Shown here: piece by piece, positions 26,877-34,958 of the stretch
Layout: each line of letters begins with the position of its first letter
How positions within the stretch are numbered: the stretch's first letter is position 1
Virus genome (UHGV): UHGV-0110231
Length of the DNA stretch: 41,294 nucleotides
Strand: one strand, 5' to 3'
From: a virus
Translations under genes and position numbers: made by a program
The notes under the pieces: generated by a model
What the model saw: only the letters and a program-made list of their open reading frames with translations
Database searches by the model: none
What the model was told of the DNA's origin: nothing

Positions 26877-28675
26877 GTTACTTTGGCCTTAATCCAGTAA
26901 ACCAGAATCAGCAGCTTGAAGAAGCAGCATCAAATCCAGCTGGCTTTAACAGCGATGTTGGTTTTTTCGACAATGCTGTAGGAGCGGCATTGTCTGGTTT
27001 GTACTCCGGGCTGGTGGCAAAGCCAGACCAGTTTCTATGGGCAGGGATGGATAAAATCGTATCCCCGGTTGCTCAGTTTGTTAACGAAAACACCTCGCTC
27101 AATGACACTTCAGTTTCATACATTGCTGAGCAGAGAAAACTAGCAGAGCAGCAGGTTAAGCGGCTGACGCCTGATGCCGCGACAACCGGAACCGCCGGGC
27201 AGGTCCTTTATGGGTTGTTCGATATGGGCGGGCAGGCTGTTGTCGGTACAACGCTCGGTGGTCCGGTCGGAGGTGCTGCGGCAGTAACTTCTCTACAGGG
27301 TTTTTCTGAGTTTGAACGGCTGACAGCACAGGGTGTTGATTTCAGGACGGCGCAGGAAGCGGGATTAGTGCAGGGTATTACTGCTGGTGCCGGAACACTG
27401 ATCCCTATGAGCCTCGGGTTACGTGCTGGTGGTGCGCTGGCGGAAGGTGTGGCGGCCCAGCTTGCGCGGACTGGTGAAAGTTCAGTGCGACGCGCCGCAG
27501 CAACAGCAGTACGTGCAACGCCAGATATTGCCTATGCTGCAGGTACAAATATTGCGTTCGGTATGGCACAGCGTGGGCTTACTGCAAAAACGCTTCGTGA
27601 TGGTGGCTATAGCGAAATGGCTAACCAGTATGATGTGTTGGATCGACAGGCAATTGCTATTGATGCTGTTCTTGGGGTGGCGTTTGGTGGTGTCGGCAGA
27701 TTTATTAACTCTCGCGGCGAGTCTACAAGCGCACCAAATTTTTCACCAGTTGATGTTGATGCTGCACTGGCGGCGAATGCCGCTCATCATGCTGAAATTG
27801 ATATTGCGCCCGGCGTGCCGATCAACGTGCTTTCGCGCAATTCTCACATTCAGGCTCTGCGAAAAGCTATGTCTGATGTTAGCCAGGGGAGACCTGTAGA
27901 CGTTGCCAGCATTGTTGAGTCTGCATCTTTCAGTGAAATTCCTAGGCGCAAGAGTCTGCTGTCTCAGGCAGTTAATGAGGCTCTGTCATCTGTAGATAAT
28001 GGAGTAACGGCGCGCGCTATAGAAAATCGGTTGCTTGAAGAACAGGCCGCGCAGCTTTTGCCGCGTGGAGATAGACAGGTTTACCAGTCTGAAATCGCTA
28101 ATAGCCAACGAATTATTGAAAATCTCACTGAACAGCGTGCACAAATTCTTGCAGAAGAGCCAACCGGTAGCGGTAAAGCTTTGTCTCGTGCTCGATCAGA
28201 TAAACAGGCTAGACTTCGCGATATTGATCAACGAATCCGGCAGGCACAAGAACGCCTGGAATTTTCCCGTAACGCGTTGGCACCGCACGAGCCAGGCGGT
28301 CAGTTTTTTGAGGCTCGAGCAGAACTGGCTCGGAGACAGCAGGCAGAAAGTGAACTTAATGCTCAGGCTGTTTCATTCTATAAAACAGCAGAGGTCAGGA
28401 TGCCAGACGAAGTAGCTCCTTTTGAGCCTGATAAAATATTGCAACAGGCAGAACAAAAAATAATGTCAGATCAGGCAGGAGATATTGATCTGCGCATAGC
28501 TGAAGACTCGCTGCTTGAATCACCTGACATGATAATCACCGTGCTGGATGATGATGGTAATCCACAATCGCGCAGTGCGCGTGAAGTACTGGATGAAGCG
28601 AACAGGGAAAGTGAGCAGGCAATACAGGATTCCAGCCTGTTTGATGTCGCTGTGGCGTGTTTCTTGAGAGGTTAA
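26873..28675 (+). CDS. Internal virion / ejection protein
   Basis: 600 aa; Ala/Gly-rich N-terminal region, coiled-coil C-terminal half. Confidence 0.5.
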   Translation: MSYFGLNPVNQNQQLEEAASNPAGFNSDVGFFDNAVGAALSGLYSGLVAKPDQFLWAGMDKIVSPVAQFVNENTSLNDTSVSYIAEQRKLAEQQVKRLTPDAATTGTAGQVLYGLFDMGGQAVVGTTLGGPVGGAAAVTSLQGFSEFERLTAQGVDFRTAQEAGLVQGITAGAGTLIPMSLGLRAGGALAEGVAAQLARTGESSVRRAAATAVRATPDIAYAAGTNIAFGMAQRGLTAKTLRDGGYSEMANQYDVLDRQAIAIDAVLGVAFGGVGRFINSRGESTSAPNFSPVDVDAALAANAAHHAEIDIAPGVPINVLSRNSHIQALRKAMSDVSQGRPVDVASIVESASFSEIPRRKSLLSQAVNEALSSVDNGVTARAIENRLLEEQAAQLLPRGDRQVYQSEIANSQRIIENLTEQRAQILAEEPTGSGKALSRARSDKQARLRDIDQRIRQAQERLEFSRNALAPHEPGGQFFEARAELARRQQAESELNAQAVSFYKTAEVRMPDEVAPFEPDKILQQAEQKIMSDQAGDIDLRIAEDSLLESPDMIITVLDDDGNPQSRSAREVLDEANRESEQAIQDSSLFDVAVACFLRG

Positions 28676-28680
28676 ATTAA

Positions 28681-31155
28681 ATGAGACAGGAATGTATACA
28701 AGCGGTTCAGCAGGCGGCGCAGCGCATGTTAACGGCGCGAGAAATACAGAACATTGAAGACCGCATTTATCGAAATATGCGCTCCATTGCTCGTGATGAC
28801 CCGATGTCGTGGCGACAACTTTCCGAATCAGAGCGGCTATATCGAGCAGCACAATTGGCATCTGAAGAATTACAGCGAGAAGTGGCATTAAAGAAACGTC
28901 GTGTGGCTCTCACTATAGCCGCGCGTCAGAGATTGGATAAATTTATCAATAGCTATCAAGGGGCTGATGGGAAACTTGGCGCTCTTAACCGTACTATAGC
29001 TTTTAATGCAGACGGTAAATCTAATTTCCTCTCTGTTGAATCCAGAACAAAAGCCACCCGTGATTATGCATTGAGTCAATTGCAGGAGGCATTCGAAGCA
29101 GTTGATCCTCGCTTTTTTGGTCTGTTTGAAGATGAAGCTGGCGTACGTGACCTGGTATATGAAATGCGGGGGCAAAATACTGGCAATGCTAAAGCAAGAA
29201 AAGGTGCTAAGGCGTGGAGAGAAGTTACAGAGCTGCTGCGCCGCCGGTTTAATGATGCTGGTGGGGACATTGGCTATCTCGAAAACTGGGGGATCCCTCA
29301 ACATCATTCTATGGAAAAGGTTGGGGCGGTATCAAAGGATAAGTGGGTTAGCGATGTTATAGGTAAGCTGGATCGCAAATATTATACCCGAGCCGATGGA
29401 CAACTGATGAACGATGCCGAGTTGTCTGCATTTCTTGGAGAGGCTTATAACACGATCGCTACTGGTGGGCTGAATAAGCTTACTGATACCGGAATGCGAA
29501 TTTCCGGCGCACGTGCTAACCGTGGTAATGCATCACGACAGATACATTTCAAAGATGCAGATTCCTATCTCCAATATCAACAACTTTATGGCGATCGCTC
29601 TCTATGGGAAATCATGGTCGGTCACCTGGAAGGTATCAGTAAAGATATTGCTCTGGTGGAAACATATGGTCCAAACCCCGATCATGTTTTCCGCTCCCTT
29701 CTTGATCAGGTTAAGGCAGAAACGGCAACAGCTAACCCGAGTAAAACCGGTAGCGTCGAGCGTCTGGCGAACAAAACAGAGAACTTGTACAACTTTATTT
29801 CCGGAAAAACACAGCCTGTAGCGAATCCCCACATCGCGCGATGGTCTGACAATATCCGCAACTGGCTGGTTGCCAGCAGACTCGGATCCGCGTTGCTGTC
29901 ATCGTTCTCTGATCTTGGAACCATGTATCTGTCTGCGAAGGTTACCAACCTTCCAATGAACCAGTTATTTCGCAACCAGCTTGAAGCTATGGACCCAACG
30001 AACCGTACTGAGCTTGCGCGGGCGCGCCGCGCTGGCCTGGCGATGGAATCTCTACTTGGCAGCGTTAACCGCTGGGCGATGGATAATATGGGGCCGTCTG
30101 TGTCTCGTTGGGCGGCAACGGCGGTAATGCGTGCCAGTGGGCTTACAGCATGGTCAGATGCGCACAAGCGCGCCTATGGCGTAACCATGATGGGAAGCCT
30201 GGGAGAAGTAGTGTCACGGACACCAGACCTTCGTAGCCTTGATGACTCTGATTTTCGTATCCTGAAAAGCAAAGGGATTACTGACACAGACTGGAGCGTA
30301 TGGAAGTTGGCGCAACAGGAGGACTGGGGGAACGGTAATAATACGATGCTGACGCCGGAAAGCATTATGCGTATCCCTGATTCAGCAGTTAAACATCTTG
30401 GTGAGCCTGAACGCGTGAAATTTGAGGCAATGCGTAAACTGCTCGGTGCCGTAACTGAAGAAGTTGATATGGCTGTTATTACACCGGGAGCACGTGAGCA
30501 ACTGATAACCGGTTCTGGTATTCAGCGTGGAACATGGAAAGGTGAATTAACGAGAAGTGTTTTCCTGTTTAAATCGTTCCCTATCTCGGTTGTTATGCGT
30601 CACTGGTCACGCGCTATGGGTATGCCGTCTGCTGGTGGGCGTGCGGCATATATTGCGACGTTTATTGCCAGTACGACCATTCTTGGCGCTTTGTCGCAGC
30701 AACTTAACGACCTTGCGTCTGGTCGTAATCCTCGAGAGATGACAGGAGAAGATGCCGCAAAATTCTGGCTTGGTGCTCTACTGAAAGGTGGTGGTCTTGG
30801 TCTTTACGGTGACTTTTTATTGTCAGATCACACTAGGTACGGAAGCGGCGCGCTGGCGTCGATGCTTGGCCCGGTAGCTGGTCTGGTTGATGACGTAGTG
30901 AAGATAGCTCAGGGCATACCGCTAAATGCTGTGGAAGGGAAGAGTGAGCAGACTGGTGGTGATCTGGTGAAGCTGGGGAAAGGTTTGATGCCAGGTGCGA
31001 ATCTCTGGTACTTGAAGGCGGCTCTCGATCACATGATCTTTAACCAGATGCAGGAGTATTTTTCACCAGGCTATTTGCGTAAAATGGAGCAACGTTCGAA
31101 GAAAGAGTTTAACCAGACATACTGGTGGCGACCTCAGGATGTCACTCCGCAATAA
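28681..31155 (+). CDS. Large internal virion / ejection protein (gp16-like position)
   Basis: 824 aa; last large gene before the tailspike region. Confidence 0.55.
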   Translation: MRQECIQAVQQAAQRMLTAREIQNIEDRIYRNMRSIARDDPMSWRQLSESERLYRAAQLASEELQREVALKKRRVALTIAARQRLDKFINSYQGADGKLGALNRTIAFNADGKSNFLSVESRTKATRDYALSQLQEAFEAVDPRFFGLFEDEAGVRDLVYEMRGQNTGNAKARKGAKAWREVTELLRRRFNDAGGDIGYLENWGIPQHHSMEKVGAVSKDKWVSDVIGKLDRKYYTRADGQLMNDAELSAFLGEAYNTIATGGLNKLTDTGMRISGARANRGNASRQIHFKDADSYLQYQQLYGDRSLWEIMVGHLEGISKDIALVETYGPNPDHVFRSLLDQVKAETATANPSKTGSVERLANKTENLYNFISGKTQPVANPHIARWSDNIRNWLVASRLGSALLSSFSDLGTMYLSAKVTNLPMNQLFRNQLEAMDPTNRTELARARRAGLAMESLLGSVNRWAMDNMGPSVSRWAATAVMRASGLTAWSDAHKRAYGVTMMGSLGEVVSRTPDLRSLDDSDFRILKSKGITDTDWSVWKLAQQEDWGNGNNTMLTPESIMRIPDSAVKHLGEPERVKFEAMRKLLGAVTEEVDMAVITPGAREQLITGSGIQRGTWKGELTRSVFLFKSFPISVVMRHWSRAMGMPSAGGRAAYIATFIASTTILGALSQQLNDLASGRNPREMTGEDAAKFWLGALLKGGGLGLYGDFLLSDHTRYGSGALASMLGPVAGLVDDVVKIAQGIPLNAVEGKSEQTGGDLVKLGKGLMPGANLWYLKAALDHMIFNQMQEYFSPGYLRKMEQRSKKEFNQTYWWRPQDVTPQ

Positions 31156-31164
31156 GGAAGTGTT

Positions 31165-31338
31165 GTGTTTTTAATTATTTTGAGTGTGATAATTTCTGGT
31201 GGGTTGTTATTTATTGACCGCTACAAATATTTTCTTAACCATCAGACTCAAGCTATTTGCTGGTTCATCTTTGTTGTGCAGGGAGTAGTTCTTGTTGCAA
31301 GCCTTATTGAGGGGAGGCCTCTGATTTTTACTGGGTAA
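31165..31338 (+). CDS. Small hydrophobic membrane peptide (57 aa)
   Basis: Not in the ORF track; GTG start 4 nt after an AGGAAG Shine-Dalgarno. Confidence 0.3.
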   Translation: MFLIILSVIISGGLLFIDRYKYFLNHQTQAICWFIFVVQGVVLVASLIEGRPLIFTG

Positions 31339-31350
31339 ATAGGTGACTAC

Positions 31351-31647
31351 ATGCAAGCTATAGGATTCATTGTTTATATCGTCGTTGGTCTTTTTCAGTT
31401 GGCAGTAATTATGGCTGGGCTTGAATCATGGTTTGGATTGCACTGGATAATTGCAGCCCCCATTGCTTTCATCGTTAGCTATATTCCATTTGTTGGAGCG
31501 ATTGTTGGTATGGTTGGCGCTGTGGATGTATGGCGGTGGGAGTGGTGGCAGGCTGGCCTTCTCTTCTTTGGTGGGATCATCTTTGCTATTGTCTGCGGTG
31601 GAATGTCATCATTTTTCGAATGGCTATCATTCAGAAAAAGAACGTGA
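31351..31647 (+). CDS. Polytopic inner-membrane protein; candidate superinfection-exclusion factor
   Basis: 98 aa, roughly three hydrophobic helices; sits where P22 carries sieA. Confidence 0.5.
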   Translation: MQAIGFIVYIVVGLFQLAVIMAGLESWFGLHWIIAAPIAFIVSYIPFVGAIVGMVGAVDVWRWEWWQAGLLFFGGIIFAIVCGGMSSFFEWLSFRKRT

Positions 31648-31655
31648 CATGTCAC
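31644..31655. repeat. Perfect 12-bp palindrome GTGACATGTCAC (copy 3)
   Basis: Overlaps the stop codon of the 31351..31647 gene, in the same register as copy 1. Confidence 0.7.
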
Positions 31656-31679
31656 AGGCCGCTTTCGCGGCCTTTAAAT

Positions 31680-31937
31680 TTACCGGGTTTGTTTTCGTAA
31701 TTGTTCGGCACAATAGTCGAGATGTGTTTGCAGATCCCGCATAGACATCTGTGAGCTGGTGACGTAGTTAATCAGTGCAGTCAGTTCGGCAAGTGGGCCA
31801 TCGACATTAAATCCATCCTTATCGAGATCCCGGAGTAATTTCATCAAGTGCGATCCTTCCACCAGTGACCTGACGCCTCCCGGCGTGTGAATCTTTTCGG
31901 TAAATCCGTCTTCCAGTGGATAGTGATACTGCTGCAT
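31680..31937 (-). CDS. Small protein (85 aa) under a LexA-box promoter; candidate SOS-inducible antirepressor or effector
   Basis: ATG at 31937 with GGAG Shine-Dalgarno; LexA box 20 nt upstream; the longer ORF to 32003 would place the box inside the coding sequence. Confidence 0.5.
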   Translation of the reverse strand: MQQYHYPLEDGFTEKIHTPGGVRSLVEGSHLMKLLRDLDKDGFNVDGPLAELTALINYVTSSQMSMRDLQTHLDYCAEQLRKQTR

Positions 31938-31956
31938 CTTATCTTCTCCATGCAAT

Positions 31957-31976
31957 AACTGTATAAATGTACAGTA
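31957..31976. promoter_or_regulatory. LexA (SOS) box
   Basis: AACTGTATAAATGTACAGTA against consensus TACTGTATATATATACAGTA; CTGT-N8-ACAG intact. Confidence 0.7.
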
Positions 31977-32023
31977 GCAAATAATTTGTTTGCTATCCAG
32001 CACGTTTTGCTAATCACCTGAAA

Positions 32024-32038
32024 GGTAATATCTGTTCG
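32024..32038. promoter_or_regulatory. Operator-like palindrome in the divergent region before the tailspike
   Basis: TCACCTGAAAGGTAA. Confidence 0.45.
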
Positions 32039-32132
32039 TATTCATGAGCTATATATCCATATATGGTTTTTCAGGTAATAGAATAACCAGATATGCGGCG
32101 CAACGGGTGCTGCGACTATCTGGAGATTTAAC

Positions 32133-34922
32133 ATGACGGTCTCAACCGTAGTTGACCATAACGATTACACCGGGAACGGCGTTACGACATCCTTCCCGTA
32201 TACCTTCCGCATTTTCAACAAATCTGACCTGGTTGTTCAGGTGGTTGACCTTGATGAAAATATCGCTGTGCTAGCTCTTGATACTGATTACACAGTTACC
32301 GGGGCTGGAGGGTATAACGGTGGTAATGTAATTCTGTCGAAGGCGTTGGCTAACGGTTATCAGATTTCTATATCACGAGAACTCCCGGTTACGCAGGAAA
32401 CTGATTTGCGTAATCAGGGTAAGTTCTTTGCTGAGGTGCATGAAGACGCGTTCGATAAACTGACGATGCTGATACAGCAGGCGTACAGTGTGTTCCGCCT
32501 GGCGCTTCGCAAGCCGTCCAGCATCGCGAATTGGTACGATGCATTGGGAAACTACATCCGTAATGTGCGTGACCCTCGAGATCCTCAGGATGCGGCCACA
32601 AAGCATTACGTCGACTCATTAAGTGCAGGAAATACATCACATACTGATTTGTTATTTAGTAGAACATTGCGTACCGCAGAGAGCATCCCGCAACTTCCAT
32701 CTGTGGAGTCGCGAAAAAATAAAATTGTTGGCATGGATAACAACGGTAATCCCATAATGTTATTGCCTGAATCAGGAAGCGCGGCTGATGTCATGATTGA
32801 ACTGGCAAAAAATAGCGGAGCTGGGCTGATAGGATACAATGATACAGAGGAATACCCAGATGGAACGGTTGGCGATATTCTCAATAGACGACCTTTCGTT
32901 CAACTTTCTGATTTCGGCGTTACTGGATCTGGCGATGAAACAGAGAAGGTTAGATCGGCACATGCCAAAGCCAATGCTCGAGGCGTTCCCGTTATCTATG
33001 ATGTCTCTGAAGTTACTCTTGATGCAAAAGCAAACATAGAAGTCAGAACATCAGTAGACTTTAATGGTTGCATTATCCATCCTGTATTTTATGGAACGCC
33101 ATCTTACGACACAACGCCGACTTATTCGTTGCTAGGTAAAGCGTCTGAAAACGTGACATCAAAACTGTCACAGTCTGGTATGCGTAAGGGTGAAATGGCC
33201 CTTTACGGCGGTATGGCATCTTATAGTCGTGGAACATTCTGGATGGATACACGAGACCCTTTATGTAAACGTAGTCTCTCCGATGTGACCCCAAACCACT
33301 ATAAGACAACGATAAACCGCATCACGAAGTATGGTGGTTTACAGTATCCACTTGAGCATGATTTTACTGCATCACCTTCTCCAGAGGCCTACTTCAGACC
33401 TGATGAAGACTTCTGGTTGAAAGTTGAAGGCGCTCACATTGATACGTCTGGTATGACGTCAGGTGTTGTTTTTAAAGCATTAAGGTCCCAAGTTAAGTTT
33501 TCAGACATAACTGTACGGCAAGACGACAATGTTAAGATGACAAACATCCGGCAAATATTTTATCTCGGTGATGGTGTTAGCCAGATAAGATTTAATGACG
33601 TATCAGCAGAGGCTATGTCGAGCTATAACGCGAACAATGGCACATATCTGTTAAGCAGCAATTATGCGGCAGAGATTATTCTAGATAATGTTAATGCTGT
33701 GCAAGGTTGGGGTGCTCTCGGTCTTCATAAAGTGAGAGATTTGACAGTTACTAATTCAACTTTAAATCGGGTAGATGGACATTATCATATTTTCGACATA
33801 GACGTTAATCACACTAAGTTACACGAGTTCGGTGTACTCATTGGTGCTGGTGGAGGATACCTTCGTGTAACAAATTGCACTAAGTACCTCGGCACTCAAA
33901 CAGACCTAACTGGGACGAGCGGGACTGCTATAGATAAGACACGCCGAAGTGTCATCTATATGCGAGACGATTACGGTAGCTATTTTGACGGGGATATCAC
34001 CGTCGACAACGTAGTGTATAAAATGTCCAGAGAATTATCATTTGCTTCTGCATCCGAGGAGTGGCCAGGTATTCTGTCCTGTGTGTCGTTCAATGCCGGG
34101 GTTAGTACAACAAGTTCAACAACTCCTGATTATGGCTATACAGCACCAGTTCCGTGGGGGACAACTGTCACTGTTAAAAACATTACGGTAGAAGTGTTTA
34201 GGGATTCAATACTGGATTCATGGCTCACTTTTGTAGCTGTTAACTACAACGGGAATTACATACTTCCCAGCGTGTTAATGCCAGCAAGTATCACTGTGAA
34301 AGATATTAAATATAGCAAACCTCCGAGGACTGCGAAAATAGCACCCGTCATTCTCCCGGATTTACGTGGAACAACTGCGGCAGTTGCCTCTGCTAATAAT
34401 CGGGCTTTCTTTAACTCAATAATTAATATTGAGAATATTCAAAGTGGTTTTGCAAAAGACCGTCAAATCGGAGCTCTGAATACTGGGGTCCAGACACTTA
34501 TGTGCATGTATACTCAGACAGAGATATCTAACTTCCCTACTCCGTCTGTTGTTCCAGAAATAAATGTGCGTAACTTTTATGGCTTTTCTGGTAAGTTTGA
34601 CATTCCAGGAAGACTAAGCCTAACGGACTGCTTCGTCATTTCTCTGACCGACTCATCTGGTGGCAGAAATGCAGATTCTTTTATAAAAGTATCCGGAGGG
34701 TTTGTCTACGCGTTGCCTAGTTCTTCTGGTGGTTCTTCATCACAGCTACCAAGAGCCGAGTGGAATTCTGTTAGGTTTATTAAAAGCCCTGTCTCTCCAG
34801 ACCTAACTGATTACGACTCAATACAGGGTTGCACATTCGAAAATGGCAATCCACCGATAGGGATAACAGTGGCACTTGCGTTTTCAGGAAGTGTTGGTGA
34901 CGCTGCTAATAGATTGCAATAA
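32133..34922 (+). CDS. Tailspike / receptor-binding protein
   Basis: 929 aa; N-terminal particle-binding domain (MTVSTVVDHNDYTGNGVTTSFPYTFRIF...) followed by a long Ser/Thr/Asn/Gly-rich beta-helix-like region. Confidence 0.75.
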   Translation: MTVSTVVDHNDYTGNGVTTSFPYTFRIFNKSDLVVQVVDLDENIAVLALDTDYTVTGAGGYNGGNVILSKALANGYQISISRELPVTQETDLRNQGKFFAEVHEDAFDKLTMLIQQAYSVFRLALRKPSSIANWYDALGNYIRNVRDPRDPQDAATKHYVDSLSAGNTSHTDLLFSRTLRTAESIPQLPSVESRKNKIVGMDNNGNPIMLLPESGSAADVMIELAKNSGAGLIGYNDTEEYPDGTVGDILNRRPFVQLSDFGVTGSGDETEKVRSAHAKANARGVPVIYDVSEVTLDAKANIEVRTSVDFNGCIIHPVFYGTPSYDTTPTYSLLGKASENVTSKLSQSGMRKGEMALYGGMASYSRGTFWMDTRDPLCKRSLSDVTPNHYKTTINRITKYGGLQYPLEHDFTASPSPEAYFRPDEDFWLKVEGAHIDTSGMTSGVVFKALRSQVKFSDITVRQDDNVKMTNIRQIFYLGDGVSQIRFNDVSAEAMSSYNANNGTYLLSSNYAAEIILDNVNAVQGWGALGLHKVRDLTVTNSTLNRVDGHYHIFDIDVNHTKLHEFGVLIGAGGGYLRVTNCTKYLGTQTDLTGTSGTAIDKTRRSVIYMRDDYGSYFDGDITVDNVVYKMSRELSFASASEEWPGILSCVSFNAGVSTTSSTTPDYGYTAPVPWGTTVTVKNITVEVFRDSILDSWLTFVAVNYNGNYILPSVLMPASITVKDIKYSKPPRTAKIAPVILPDLRGTTAAVASANNRAFFNSIINIENIQSGFAKDRQIGALNTGVQTLMCMYTQTEISNFPTPSVVPEINVRNFYGFSGKFDIPGRLSLTDCFVISLTDSSGGRNADSFIKVSGGFVYALPSSSGGSSSQLPRAEWNSVRFIKSPVSPDLTDYDSIQGCTFENGNPPIGITVALAFSGSVGDAANRLQ

Positions 34923-34927
34923 AAAAT

Positions 34928-34953
34928 TGGCTGGGAATTTTAATCCCCAGCCA
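34928..34953. terminator. Bidirectional terminator between the convergent tailspike and acyltransferase genes
   Basis: TGGCTGGG-aattttaat-CCCAGCCA hairpin with an A-run on one side and T-rich sequence on the other. Confidence 0.55.
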
Positions 34954-34958
34954 GCATA

